A stretch of 64,000 nucleotides of DNA from Patellaria atrata CBS 101060 (taxonomy: Eukaryota). The stretch lies in assembly GCA_010093705.1 (NCBI GenBank), contig MU006097.1, forward strand, positions 693,905 to 757,904, read 5' to 3'. A model generated the notes under the pieces. The model worked only from the letters and a program-made list of their open reading frames with translations, was not told the DNA's origin and did no database searches. The number at the start of each line of letters is the position of its first letter. Positions within the stretch are counted from its first letter, which is position 1. The position numbers and the translations under genes are program-made. This document shows, in pieces, positions 36,592-50,142 of the stretch.

Positions 36592-38725
36592 ATGCCATCC
36601 TTTTTCTCAAAAATCACACAGCGCCTGAAGCACCGCTCAGGCGACAAAAATGAGCGACGCACGCGAGCAAGAACGCCAAAATTCACGAAATCTCGCTCAT
36701 CAGAGCGAGTCCGAGAAGAACTTGAATATGAAGAATCTGTCCGCGAAAGAGCAACAGAAAGTCCCATGCCGACACTTCCTCCCGTTGCGTTCGAGCCATC
36801 GCTCGAAATAGATACGTAACGCGTACCTCGCTACCCATCTACCAACCTAATCACGGATGTTAGGCGCCAAACTGAACAATACAAAGCGAGCATGAGGAGA
36901 ACCGGTGTGCCACGATTGTATGGCAATTTCAATAGCATGGCGTCCCTTTCAGCTCCCGATCTTCTCGAAAGCGACGTCCCCGTACAAGATTTTGCTGAGA
37001 CAAGTGAGTCACCTGTCATTGAACGTTCACCTGAAATCCGTACTAATTTTGCTCAAGGTACAAAAGTTGTCAAAGTGGATGGTTGCTTACCATTTCCTTC
37101 CCCTGATAACGCTACTACACAAGGCTTTCCGTACAGCCGCAAACCAGTACGGGGAACTGATCCTTTCGGCAAAGCCGACACATCGCTTCCTCCGGCTCCC
37201 GAATATCCTGTGGAGCCGTACCGAACCCCTTCTTTCCCTGCGTCCCAAGTCAAACATGTGAGCTCACATGTTCCCATATACGTGTCCCTTGCGGGTCCTC
37301 CTGAAGACTCCCGAAACAGTCAAGCTGGCAAAGTGTACTGGGAGAAGACCAAACACCATGGTCATTTAGCCCGGTGGCCTGTACAGCTAGATCCAGATCT
37401 GGTCAAGGATACAATCAGGCCTTATCTCAAGTCCTGTGGTTTTTCGGATGCCAATTATAGCGTCCAATTCCTTGCCAGGGGTGGATGGAATAGGGCGTAC
37501 ACGGTGGCCACCACCGAACTCTCGTCAGGTGTCCCGAAAGAGCTTGTACTTCGTTTTATTTTCCCAGTCCAACCATGGTACAAGGTACACAGCGAAGTGG
37601 CGACCATGGAGTACGTCCGTATTCATACGAGTATCCCACTTCCAAAGGTGTATGCCTTTGACTCCTCGACCGACAATCCACTAGGGCTTGAGTGGATCCT
37701 TATGGGAAAAGTACGGGGTCGCAAGTACGCCGAAGTGCGCGGAAAGCTGGACTATGACACGAAACGAGCGCTGATCAAGACTATTGCGGACTGGGTCGAC
37801 TAGTTATCCCGCATCAGCTTCAACCATATAGGAGCTATCTTTCGTGATTGGGACAAGAAGTCCCCTGATTACCTCAAATTCGGCCTGGGACAGTACATTG
37901 AGCCTGCATGGTAGCCAGAATACCGCCTTGAATACAGCGTCTACCGTGGACCATTCTCTGCTGTCGATCAGTACGTACGAAGCTATGTCGATATCTCCAT
38001 GGCAGAAATCATGGACGAGAGACATAAAGGACGTGCGAGACATGACTTGGGCCTTAGCTTGGCTCGTTCTGCCGATGAAAACGCATGCGTCGCTTGCGGG
38101 AGCGTCTGTGAGAGACCCGAGCAAAGGGTCGAGATGCATCAGCGGTCCGATCGTGTCCGGATACAAAGAACAGCCAGAGCACATGAAGGATCAATGCGGG
38201 ACTCCACTCCCAAGTCTCTGCGAAGCGGCGCATTTCACAGGTTTGCCAGAACACTACAGGCACATTCAAAGTATCATTCCTCTTATTTGCCCTCACCCAC
38301 CCTTGAACACCTTCCTTTATCACTATGACATTTCCGAAAACAATGTTTTCGTCGACGATTCTGGCGCTCCCGTTGCCCTGCTGGACTGGGAACAGCTAAA
38401 TGCGACCCATCCTGTAAAAATGGACACTCACCCTGTAATCATCGCCACAGAATACAAACCTGGGAACTATCATGTTCTTAACTACAAGCCTTGGACCGAG
38501 ATTGGACCGAAGACTAAATCGGAATACGACTTCGAGTTGATCATTCAAGACATCGAGTTGCAGAAAGTGTTCAAGAAGCGGCTAGAGAGATTGCACTCGC
38601 CTTATTTGCAAGCCTTAAAGAAGCGGGATGATGACCTTGGTGAGCTTTTCGACTGTCTGGAGGAGATTTCTCGATCGTACATTGGACATGCTGCACATCT
38701 TTTTGAGGTTGTGAGGGAGGAATAA
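36592..38725 (+). pseudogene. APH/choline-kinase-like phosphotransferase, disrupted
   Basis: GGWNRAY, SEVATMEYV...IPLPKVYAFD, HYDISENNVFVD and LLDWE motifs. A 48-nt intron 36816-36863 can remove the first TAA, but in-frame TAGs remain at 37801 and 37912 and a frame change is needed at about 38.1-38.25 kb. Confidence 0.8.
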
Positions 38726-38786
38726 AATCCCGCGGTCCCGATTCAGTGAGAGTCAGAAATTTGTACAATAGTTCTAGTTTTCGCTC

Positions 38787-38856
38787 AGCATCAGATTCGG
38801 GTCGGTTGAAAAAGTTTCAGCATATCAAATCGGGTCGATTGGAAAAGTTCAGCAGA
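38787..38856 (+). repeat. Imperfect tandem duplication of about 33 nt
   Basis: ATCAGATTCGGGTCGGTTGAAAAAGTTTCAGC followed by ATCAAATCGGGTCGATTGGAAAAGTTCAGC. Confidence 0.75.
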
Positions 38857-40029
38857 TGTACTATAAAATACTTTCTCACTAGTCGATGGGTAGGGTTAGA
38901 AGACCACTTTTCACGGCATAATCTCATGTTACCGTTCTTTCCATGAAAGAATATCCACACCTGATTAATATGCGTGACAATGAGACAGAATTTGTGACCC
39001 CAGTTCCTACACTTTACCAAAGACACGTATCTTATTTCAGCTGAACGCTGTTCAGATACCTCCATCACTTGAGAGTAATGTTGACAAAACTCCATCCCTA
39101 TCCACATCGCCCTTCATATTGCCCAATCCCCAATTAGACCGTACGCTGATCATTCCTGCAACAACAGCTTGCATATTCGACTTACTAACTCCACCTTCCT
39201 TCACCTTAGAACACAGACCCGATAACCTAACTCCCATCCCCTCACTATCTACACCCAATCCCCAAAATACCAATTTCATACAAGCCTTATAAACCACACC
39301 ACCTCTCCTCCACACCCAACTCCCAATAACACATACCTTACTTACACGCCCACAACGCATTCAAGCCGCCACCATTCGCACAACCCTCAAAGATACGAAT
39401 CCCCCAATGTTGAGTTCACGGGTTTCTGGTGCGATATCCCGTTCATTCAATGAATAGGCATACCCTCCAAGTAGCGATCTCTCGCACGAGTCTCATGAAC
39501 AACGTCTCGAGGTCAATCTATTATTTCTCAGCGTCGCACGTTATTTTCAGCTATCCACATCCGCGCCATGAGATGAAAGTTATGGACGCGGAGCTTGTGA
39601 TCGACTCTGGTCCTTTTTATCTACGATATGGTTCTACCGCACTGTGGTATTAACGTGGTTTGTGTAGCACGTTATATGTTACGATGAATGGTTTTAGGGT
39701 AGTAGTTTTATAGATAACGCTTTACTCGAAGTGAGTATTTGCATTTTCAAATTGGTGATGGTTAATAGGTCCATAAGAGTTTTAATATGGATTTGAAATC
39801 TCTAATGCAGTACCTAAGCATACTCTGGCTTTGGGCATAAAAGTTGTCGCATGAGGGTAGAAGTAACACTATGAAGGTATAGGACAGTATAACAGGGCAT
39901 GCACGAACAGTACAAGTGGCGAGCGGGTCGATATATCTCCAGTTTGATATATTCGATAATGAAGAGAAGCATATATCATTGATCATTATCATCTATCATA
40001 AAGTTCCAGTTGTTTTCCATGTATTAAGG

Positions 40030-43000
40030 CTATGAAACGTGATACCCTGGGTCCGTTAGAAAAAAATATCTTTGAACAGCTGATTACTACTTACGGCTTT
40101 CGTCAAGCAACGTCTTCTCCGTCCAGCTATCGCGTACCCAATCTAGCGGAACAATACGTGGTATACGAGACCTTTTATTACAACATTAGTAGGACTACTT
40201 GGAGGTAAATATATGGCGACTAACGTTGCACGCTTCGCTACTTCCTTCCGCATATTGCTGATCCTCGAGCGATCCTCGCCGACTAATATATGTGTAATGC
40301 TCAAATCATCAAGAGAACCCAGAACACGACCTCCACAAAAAGTGATAATCTGGTCAGCTAGTTCAAGCTCAATATCCAATGGTTTTGTTTGTACCGGTAA
40401 ATCTGTAACGGAGTTGGCATCTGCCCAAGGTTTATCCAGGTATACAACAACATCACGGAACATCCAGGCTGGAAGTTCCTCCGCATTCAGGCCGTTAGCT
40501 TCGACTTGCTCGACGAATTCTGATTTATCGAATGACTGCTCCAGAGTGGGCATAGTCTCTAGTAGAGTTCTCAACTCTTCTGCGGTTATATCTCGTGCGT
40601 AACTATCACCATACTCATCAACGCTGGCTTCAACATCTGCAGCGTCCTTCTCAATCGTACTGAAGGTATGACGTGGTTCGTACGGCAGTAAGAAGTTCCG
40701 TTTACCTATATCTAATTGACTCTGGTTGATAGTGTCAAATAGCCAAACAGGCCGTACGATTGTATACTGCTTTGTGCTTTCAACTGTGCGAACTCTGATG
40801 TTTCGTCGATCAGCAATGCATATCACATGTTCAGAAGTATTATGCGTCTGTATCAACCTGCCACCATTTGCCTTGACTATCTGCTCGAGTTCCGCTTTCG
40901 TTTTCTTTTCCGGCTGAGTTGCATCGGTGATGACATAAAATGTGAGTCCTTCAAAAACCTTGGTATTCGGCCCAGCATAAGGTGTGGTGACAACATCGTT
41001 GTGGCCTGATACCACAAGCTTCCGCTTTCGAGTAATCTTGTTTCTCTGCTTCCGACTGTCATCAATAGTGAATTGCTTTTGTTTGTGTTCTTGTTCTGCA
41101 TTAGCTTTGAGCTGTATAAATCCACTCAATGTCAAAGCAGACTGCCAGTTCTTGTCAGGGCGGAGCTTCTTGAATCTCGGGAAGCGTAGAGTAAATTTTG
41201 TAGCAAATCGATCCGTATTTGCAACAGATGCTGCTTTTGCTGATACCACAAAGGAGTCTTCGGGCTTAATCCACTCATCAGGGGCCTCATAAAACTTTTT
41301 ATCTCCTGCAAGAACAAGAATGTCGTTAGGTGGATTATTTCGATCGAACTTATGCCATTTCCCCTCTGTCTGGCCCTTGATTGTGTTGTAGTCGCCTTTA
41401 GTGAACCCACCGCCAACTTTGAAAAATGATAGAAACTGTGGAGGTGTTTTCGTTTCATCCAACCGGAGGCCACAAAGGAAACTTGAGAACCAGCCACCGC
41501 GACGACCACTGCCGTAGTACCCACCAAGGACGACACAGTCTAGCTCTTCACCAAATTCAGTCATATACTCTGGTTTAACTTTTATCCAATCATCATTTCG
41601 CTCATTGAGACGATACATGGACCGAGGATTCTTTATGACCAGACCTTCAGAAGCTTCCTCAACAACTGTTCGAAGTATCGGCTCCACTTCTGCTGCAGTT
41701 CTACCCACCGTATACTCATGAACTTCTAGCCTCCGATGGATACCATGACATGTGCAAGACCTCCCATCTTGTCCGTCGTGGTCATGGCGTTTGATGCTCG
41801 CTTTGAGAGCTGCTCTCCTATCGCGTAAGGTATAGTTCGATATACACTCATCGTTGAGATAAAGACAATCAAAAACCTTGAAGAGAGGCTTCTCCCCCGT
41901 AGAGTGAGGATCCTTCTCAGTAGCTATAGCTGCAGTTTTGAGTGTGCCGAACCCGACTATCTTGTCTAACTGCACATCCCAAGTAATCATTTCACCATCC
42001 AATATAATGTTTCTTACATCTTCATTAAAAGCATCTTTAAGATGCCACGTGAGAGCACCATTGTGGAAATTACTTCCGTATAGATAGGTGTAGTCTTTGG
42101 CCTTGCGTGACCAGAAATTGAACCTCTTTTGACCGTCTTCATCCTCAATCATGTGCAGTTGCATTCTCTCACCGTCAAGTTTCTCTTCAATCCAGAATGT
42201 AGGATCTTCATCAGTCATCTTCATTTTAGAAACCATCTTTTCGATTGAGTTCATCTGGAAAGCGGCGAGTTGTGGTTGGAAACACTGCATAAGTGTAATT
42301 CCCCGTACCTCGCCATCCAAACGAATTTGGGGATTATAGAGTTCCCAGCAGACGCGGCGTAAGCTGGAGGAGACGTTATATAAATTCTCAGCATCTGGAT
42401 GCCAGATGTCGAAGATTGTCTTTTCTGTCGCGCCAACTTTCATTTGCCTTAAAACTATCCTAATCAGCCACATCATCTCTTCAGCATTCATTCGTAGAAA
42501 GAACTGTTTAAGAATCGGTTTTTGATCTTCTTCTTTGCTTCCAATCGAGAGCTTATCTAGCATTTCATTGACATCTCCGATGGTCATATCTCCGACATGA
42601 GAACTACTTTGGCGCTTAACGATGACCTCGTAGCAACGACCCGCAAAGTCTCCAGCCATAGCACTCTTAGCTTTCAAACCAGGCTGTTTCCAGTTAAGTA
42701 AAGCATGGCCATCTTCAGAATTACTGTCAATACCCATGATGGAAAGGATAAGCTTCGCAATAGTTTTCTCTTTTAAGCCGTACATGGCTCTATCCCGGTC
42801 TTTTTCCGGGATGATAAGTCGAAATGCAGGATAGATGTCGTTGCCGACTTCCTTCCTCCATCTTGAGATGAAACGCTCAATAATCTCCCTGCGCGATTCA
42901 TGAGGAGTTAGGTTCTTCGGGCCATGGGGTCCTTGTTTTCTGCGCGCAATTACTGCGCCGATCGGCTTCTTTCTACCCTCATTCAAGGGGTTGAACAATG

Positions 43001-43214
43001 TTGTGAACAATTCATGAAATGGGAGCGTCTTAGAATGATTGCGTGGTCTATTAGGATATCTGATGAATTATTTAGTTACATTTTAGCTTGGAATGATTAT
43101 TGAAAATTAAAAGTACTTCTCATCCAGCTCCTCAACGGATATGGGTCCCCTCAAGTATTGTCGTTGCTCCTCATCCACCGCATCTGCATCTCGCATTTCC
43201 TCATCATTAGCCAT
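40030..43214 (-). CDS. LIG4: DNA ligase IV, 4 exons (introns at 43116-43060 and two near 40.05-40.23 kb)
   Basis: Adenylation motif EEKLDGERMQ, EGLVIK, WIKVKPEY and TLRFPRF; C-terminal BRCT domains; spliced end ...RIPRIVPLDWVRDSW...RYHVS*. Confidence 0.96.
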
Positions 43215-43519
43215 GATTGAAAGAGTTTGAGAAGCGAAAACATTGAGAAGGATCCGGGTGGAGGGACTCTTATACCTTTATACGTGATCTACACGGGGAA
43301 TGAGGTGAGGTTAAAGGCAGCAGTACTGAGTACGGTTGTTCTAGTTCTAAAGGACGCGCTAAAAAGGAACGCGACAGCACGTGCTACCCCTCCACGCCGA
43401 TTGCCGGAAGAATTCGAGCTACGCAATTTCAATTTTCCCCGCCATGTGAGTCTTAATTTTCTCAAGAAAACAACATGTAGCAACCAAGAATTTAGGTATC
43501 CGCACCAGTGTAGGATATC
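43215..43519. promoter_or_regulatory. Bidirectional LIG4/ADE12 promoter with two ACGCG (MCB-like) sites and a CACGTG
   Basis: 305-nt head-to-head gap; ACGCG at 43354 and 43369; CACGTG at 43378. Confidence 0.5.
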
Positions 43520-45160
43520 ATGCCGGATCCAAACATTTCAATTGTCTTAGGGAGCCAATTCGGCGACGAGGGCAAAGGCAAGCTTGTCGATATTCTCACA
43601 GAGACAGCCGACGTCTGCTGTAGATGTCAAGGAGGGAACAATGCGGGTCATACCATTGTCGCAAATGGCGTCAAATACTCTACACGCCTTCTCCCAAGTG
43701 GTATGAGCGTCAAAAATCATAATTAGATATGCAAGTGTTCCTGACAACCCAATTGCAGGAATTGTGAACCCGCGAACCGAGAACTTCATTGGCACAGGTG
43801 TTGTCGTCCATATTCCGTCCTTGTTTGAAGAGCTTGATGGATTTCAAGATAAGGCTATGGATGTCTCAGGCCGCATATTCATTTCAAGTCGCGCACATAT
43901 TGTGCTGGACCTTCATCAGCTTGTGGATGGACTCCAGGAGCAAGCCCTAGGCGAAGGGAGTGTTGGAACCACCAAGAGGGTAGGTCCTCACGCGACCTTG
44001 AAATCCTCAATGAGGGCGCTGCCATCCGTCTGGATGGTTTCATAGCTAACATCCAATATCGTATAGGGCATAGGTCCAACATATGCTTCCAAAGCTAACA
44101 GAAGTGGACTACAAATCCAAGAACTTGACTTGGATGCCTGGGATTTCTTTGAAGCACGATTCAGGAGATTGGTCAAGACATACCGTATGACGTTTGGAGA
44201 TCTATTGTCCCAATATGACGAGGAAGGTGAACTTGCAAAACTCAAAGTGGGTACATGTATTTTCTGTCCCTTAAGATATTAGCTGATAGCACTAGGGCCT
44301 CGCACCTCGGGTGAAACCCTTGGTCGTGGATGCAGTGACCTGGCTGGATTCTCGGATACAGGCGGGAAAGCGAGTTCTTGTAGAGGGAGCGCAATCACTC
44401 ATGCTTGATTTGGGTACAATTCCTCGATGACTAGTACTCTTGGTCCTTACTGATAGTGTTTAGACATGGGAACCTATCCATATGTCACATCCTCCAACTC
44501 TGGTCTGGGAGGTGTGTTTACAGGTCTCTCGATATCGCCTTTCCAAGTAAGGAAGATTGTCGGTGTTACAAAAGCATATCTCACCAGAGTGGGAAGCGGA
44601 CCTATGCCTACTGAGCTGGAAGACGTATGTTTGAGGAGTATACTAGAGTAGATGTGAGACTGACAAGGTTCCTAGGAATTTGGAGAGCACCTTCAAAAGG
44701 TAGGTCAGGAGTTTGGGGTAAATACTGGCCGTAGACGTCGCTGCGGTTGGTTGGATCTGGTAATGCTGAAGCATTCCACGATGGCAAATCATTATACAAC
44801 GTAAGTTAAGAATAGATTCCCTTCCGTCTCAACTGCTAACACACCAATAGGATCAACTTCACGAAACTAGACGTCCTTGACGGTCTTTCGGAGATCAAGG
44901 TCGCAACTGCGTATCAACTTCCCGACGGAACTGAACTTAGAACGTTCCCCGCCAACTTGAAGACTTTGGCAACCGTAAAACCGGTGTACAAGACCTTTCC
45001 TGGATGGACTGAGAGAACTGCGGGGTCGACTTCTTACAATCACCTTCCTCAGCAAGCGAAAGATTATATTGCATTCGTCGAGGAATTTATCGGTGTCAAG
45101 ATCGGCTCTATCGGTTGCGGGCCATCACGGGAGAACATGATATTCAGACAGATCGTGTGA
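43520..45160 (+). CDS. ADE12: Adenylosuccinate synthetase, 7 exons
   Basis: [47 protein letters not shown] and TKLDVL motifs; introns begin at about 43701, 43980, 44247, 44414, 44625 and 44801. Confidence 0.96.
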
Positions 45161-45609
45161 ATAGAGTCCGCATACTGACGATTTCTTTATGTCGATCTAA
45201 AAGTCTTAGCATCCTGTGGAAGGGTATAGAAGGATAAGCGGAGGTTACTACTTGACATTAGATCTCCATTTTACTGTCAAAATGGGGTGCGGATAGAGAT
45301 GTTAACTAAGTAGAACAACCAATGATATTGATGTTGAAATCGCGAACTCTATACCTAGTTTGTTTCCTTGAAAACACCAAGACATATCACCGCACCAATG
45401 AGAGAACGCATACACATAAGCATTTATATGGCTACTACCAGGGCTCTTACTAGGATTCGTCTTACAGAGCAAACGGTAAAAGTTTAGCACGGATGAGCTT
45501 AAACTGATTGTGTGGTATTGACCAGTGAATAGTAAAGGCTCAAGCTGCATACCATTCCTTGTGTCGATTGGAAGACAGAGTTAGCCATTAGGTCTTCCGT
45601 TTCATCTTC

Positions 45610-46358
45610 CTAAGCTCGAAACTCTTCCGGTTCTTTCAGTGTATTTACTATCCATTTCCAACCACCACTTGGGAAGCCCGAAGCAATGACCTTACCCCGA
45701 ATCAAGGCCAACGGGATGGGACCGTAGATCCTGGAATCTCTTGAAAAAGCCTGGTTATCGCCCGCGGACCAAAAATGTCCCTCTGGGACCTGTACATCGT
45801 CAGCTCGTGTCCAATAAGATCTCTTCCCCACAATTGAAGACATAAATCCCACCAGGGCGGAGATGTAAATACCTGAACCATCACATCACTCCTTCCAGGT
45901 GTATCTCTCAGTACAAAATCTCCTGGCATCCCTATGACCCTCTTCATGACCATCTGACCCACCACAAGGGGGTTGTAGTAACTAACAACATCCCCAACCT
46001 CTATATCCCTACCGCGTCGGTGGTATTTCGAGAGGAGAACCCATTCTTCTTGCGCCGCTACTGTGGGAAGCATAGAGATACCACCGGTCAAGTTGATCGA
46101 GTATCCATAGGTTGAGACGACGTGAAGGATTAGAGAGAAGCCGGCAAATTTGCCTATGATACGAATGTGCACACGATACCAAGGTTCTTTCGGGTATTGG
46201 TTTGAGGCTTCCAACTTTTGCGGCGAGGGTTCGTTTAACTTCGGTTTGGGTTGCGGTTGAGGTTGCGCGCGAGGAACATTACGCTTGGTAGCATTGCTGG
46301 CGAAGCAGCGGAAGAGAGGACCAGAGCGCGAGATAGCAGGAGAGAATCGAATGGGCAT
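45610..46358 (-). CDS. IMP1: Mitochondrial inner membrane protease subunit (S26 family), 2 exons
   Basis: Mitochondrial presequence-like N-terminus, GISMLPT (catalytic Ser), MKRVIGMPGD (Lys), and QVPEGHFW...GDN...SRDSRIYGP. Confidence 0.85.
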
Positions 46359-46524
46359 TGTTATCGGCCCATCGGGACGCTATTGGAGCACAGAGTGCTT
46401 TTAATGAGTGATGACAATAAAGTTGTGATGGTTGAGACGTGACGGGAAGTTTGAGTGAGGCCAAAGCTCCAATCCTATCTAAAACTACACTCATTTGAAC
46501 ATCACTCATAATCCTACAACAACA

Positions 46525-47985
46525 ATGACTGAATTTAGATCTAATGATGCTGCCATCGCCGAGCTCATAACATCTTACAATGAGTTGAACTTTGATAGTA
46601 TCGATGAGCTTTCCGAAGAACCGAGTCCATTGGATTTTATGCGCTATGTAGCTCGAAACCGACCATTCGTAGTACGAGATGGTGCAGCTACTTGGACAGC
46701 TCGAAAGAAATGGAACAAAACATATCTAAAATCTGCCATGGGTGATTCCGATGTCAATGTAGCTATAACACCCTTCGGGTAGGTAATCATTCATTTCTTG
46801 TTCTTCAGTTCCGTATAAGAAAGAGTGTGGACTAGTTTGACCGCACTGAGTCTCTATCCCCTAATTGTAATCATTCAGTGATATACCAATTTGAAATTTA
46901 TAGTCAATTCTATCGATTGTGTCAATTCATTTAATATAGTTTTAATATTCACTGTCTAAAAGAAACGCCGACTCCCCCTTAGAATTAGACTCCGGTGAAC
47001 TGGTATTCGTTAAACCGTACGAAAGGGACGAACCCTTCAGTAGCTTTATCGACTATGTCAGTACGCAAGAGAAGGCGAATCAGAACGGGGACCGGCGCCA
47101 TCCAGACCACGATCCAGATATTGAGCTTGCCAATGTAAAATACGCTCAAACGCGTCCGTCAATCCATTCGACCCATTATCCCCCCCCCTCTCCCCTCCCC
47201 TCTGACGAAGCCAGAAAACGATAATCTCCGCAACGAGTACTCAGCCCTCTTCTCCGACGTTCCCAAAGACATCCCCTTCGCACGCATCGCATTAGAAAGA
47301 AGTCCGGAAGCAATAAACTTCTGGTTAGGTAAGCGGCTTTACTCCTATTACACCCCTTACCCCCTTTTATCTCCCCTTCAAGCACGTTCTCACCACGGCA
47401 GGAAACTCCCTCACCACAACCGCCCTCCACAAAGACAACTACGAAAACATCTACGTCCAAATCCTCGGCGCAAAACACTTCCTCCTCCTCCCTCCCACCA
47501 CCTACCCCTGCATAAACGAGCAACCACTCCCCTCCTACACCTACAAATCCCACCCGCCTCCCTCCATACCCCCTACTTCCTCACTAATTCCCGCCGTCCT
47601 GCCCTCACCCCTCCTTCTAATACCCACCCCCGACGATCCCCCGTCCTCCGTCCCCTTCCCCACCTACGATCCCTCAACCCCCTCCATTAGACCGACGCAG
47701 TTTTCGCACCTCTGCAAACCTCTACACGTGACCCTCGAGGCGGGCGACATGCTCTACCTCCCCGCGCTCTGGTTCCACCGGGTCTCGCAATCCGGGAGCG
47801 AAGAGGGTGTTTCCGTCGCCGTGAACTACTGGTACGACATGGACTTCACCGGCGCCTTCTACACCGCGTCTTCGTTCATTCGGACGGTGGGTCTAGCTGC
47901 TACCGAGACCGAGGAGGCGGTGGGGAAAATGGGAGAGAGGAAGAGTCAACTTCGTGAGACGGCAGAGGGGGAATTGGAGAATTGA
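46525..47985 (+). CDS. JmjC-domain 2-oxoglutarate oxygenase (JMJD7-like), 4 exons
   Basis: PSPLDFMRYVARNRPFV, YAQTQNDNL, NFWLGNS, LHKDNYENIYVQ (HxD) and GDMLYLPALWFHRVSQ...VAVNYWYD motifs. Confidence 0.9.
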
Positions 47986-48186
47986 TTTCAAGGAGGAATG
48001 TAAGGATCAGGATCTCTATTAAGAGAAATTGGAGATGTAGAATTACGTACGTAGGGGGTATCTGACTCAACACCACACATGGAATCAAACCCACCCAATA
48101 CCCATAACCCATAACCTGTAACCTGGTAACACCAACCAAACTCATCCATCTATATGTCCTTAAAACCTGTAACAGCCTCAGTCCCT

Positions 48187-50142
48187 CTATCCCCTTCTAA
48201 CCTTAACCTTAACTCCCACACCCCTCACACTTGCCCAAACACTCTCACCTACTTTAACCGGCAACTTCCGCCCTTTCAGTCTCTGATCGATAAGCCACAA
48301 TCCCACGACAAACTCCTCCCTCGTCAATCTCCCGATGCGTCGTTGGTCAACAAGGTTCCACACCTCCTCTAGCACGTGGTGTGGTAACCGACTTCGACAC
48401 CATATATCCCTGACCACGAGATTGAGCACGTCGTTTTGCGCTCCTTCGATCATTTTCCGGTGGGTATGTGATCCTGGGGCATCGCCGTTCGTAGCGGGAA
48501 CGTAGATATGTAGACCTCGGTTCGCCGCCCAGACGCCTTCATACCGCTTCCGCTCGCGCTCAGTGATGGCGTCCCGCCACCGCTTCCTATCGCCTTCGTG
48601 ATGCTTATTTGGATGTTTGCGGACGATATATCCATGCTTGTGTTTGTGTTTCCTGCGATCTATATCGTCCCCGCTCGAACTATGCTCTTTCCTCAAGGTC
48701 TGCCTCAATCCTTGTCTCGGTTTCACGGGGCTAGGGGTACGCGAACGGAACGAAAAGTGATGATGATGTTCTTTGTGGTGGTTACGACTGCGGCTGTGCC
48801 TGGCTGGTAAGGGAGGTGGAGACTTTGCGGGAGACGGAAGACGGGATGTAGCTACTGAGGAGGCCACAATAGCGTTGGCCAGAGAGTCGCCAGTCATGTG
48901 TGGCTGGATCTGGCGTAGTGATTGTCGTTGGTAAGGGCTGGACGTAGATCCGGCCCGAGACATCTCGGCTGGTCTAGCAACATGGTTTGAAGGGGATGGT
49001 TTCAGAGTTGGAGGTTGGGAGCGAAGCCTCGGTTTGGCCTGTTGTGTTGTGGTTGTATCCGAACGCGCTAATTTACGGCGTCCTCGACGAGGGGGTGGTA
49101 CAGCCGGTTTTAACTTCTCCGGAGAATTTGTTTCTGGAGCAGAGACGTAAGCTGACGGAGAATCATCATCAGAATCGGCGTTAGCCGGTTCAATGGAATG
49201 CGTAACAAGAGATGGTGGTGCCTGCCCAATTGACTTCTGTCGGACGGTTGGGAGTATGTTTTCGGGTTTTGGCTTTGGTTGGGGTTTGGAAAGGGCGTCG
49301 AGCTGGAAGGGTGCGGGTAGGGGCACAGGTGTAACTGCCACTGGAAGGGAAAATATGTATTGGGGCTTGGGAGTCTTGATAGGAGGCGGGACGCTTTTGT
49401 TCGTTTGTATAGGCTCTGTTCCTGTTTTCATACCTTTGGCGAGGGAGTTTTTCTCGAAGAGTCGGACTGGAGATGTGGTTGGAGATGTGGCCGTAGCATC
49501 GGTTGTTTGTAAAGCGTCTGTACCATCATATTTTCCATTCTGACTGTGACTAGATTGGACGGTAGATCTTAATTCTCGGTTATCCCGACTCAATGCTTCC
49601 AACTTCGCCTTTAAGTTACCCACTGTTCCCGAGGATGGTAAAACGTCAACGGCCGCTTCAAGGGGTGGACTGGATGCAGATTGAGGACTTAGTCTTAGGT
49701 TTGAGACTGGTGTGTGTCTAGAGGCAGCTAGAGCAGCCGCAATATTAGAGGGAGACCTGGAGCGACCGTTGCCATTGCCTGAAGGTACGCCTAGTGTAGA
49801 TTCCGAAGAATGAGATACCCGTACAGGCGAAGATGTATAGCTGCAAATACTGCTTCCTCCAGTATTATTCCGGCGAACCACCCCTGATCCGTGTACAAGT
49901 GACGTTGTGCTTGAGGTGCTAACAGGGCTTCCTATCACTCCGGTCATGTTTGCCCTTCCGGCCTTTGACGCTGCAGCTAATGCACCTTGATTGGCCGAAT
50001 GTGTATTTACGTTGGGTTTCGACTTGACCGGAGGTTTACTAAAGGCGGAGGAAGCTCCTTGAAGAGCCGCATTGTGTTCTCGCGCATTAGGCTGAGAGGG
50101 ACTGGAAAAGGTAGATGTCCTGGGAGTAGTTGTACTGCTCAT
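48187..50142 (-). CDS. IRS4: EH-domain protein, IRS4/TAX4-like, 651 aa
   Basis: Low-complexity Ser/Pro-rich body; C-terminal RKRWRDAITERERKRYEGVWAANRG...VWNLVD...EEFVVGLWLIDQRLKGRKLP EH-like domain. Confidence 0.85.
   Translation of the reverse strand: MSSTTTPRTSTFSSPSQPNAREHNAALQGASSAFSKPPVKSKPNVNTHSANQGALAAASKAGRANMTGVIGSPVSTSSTTSLVHGSGVVRRNNTGGSSICSYTSSPVRVSHSSESTLGVPSGNGNGRSRSPSNIAAALAASRHTPVSNLRLSPQSASSPPLEAAVDVLPSSGTVGNLKAKLEALSRDNRELRSTVQSSHSQNGKYDGTDALQTTDATATSPTTSPVRLFEKNSLAKGMKTGTEPIQTNKSVPPPIKTPKPQYIFSLPVAVTPVPLPAPFQLDALSKPQPKPKPENILPTVRQKSIGQAPPSLVTHSIEPANADSDDDSPSAYVSAPETNSPEKLKPAVPPPRRGRRKLARSDTTTTQQAKPRLRSQPPTLKPSPSNHVARPAEMSRAGSTSSPYQRQSLRQIQPHMTGDSLANAIVASSVATSRLPSPAKSPPPLPARHSRSRNHHKEHHHHFSFRSRTPSPVKPRQGLRQTLRKEHSSSGDDIDRRKHKHKHGYIVRKHPNKHHEGDRKRWRDAITERERKRYEGVWAANRGLHIYVPATNGDAPGSHTHRKMIEGAQNDVLNLVVRDIWCRSRLPHHVLEEVWNLVDQRRIGRLTREEFVVGLWLIDQRLKGRKLPVKVGESVWASVRGVGVKVKVRRG

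Noticed and set aside
39052..39992. Short minus-strand ORFs downstream of LIG4
   Set aside because: No coherent gene model or recognisable domain.
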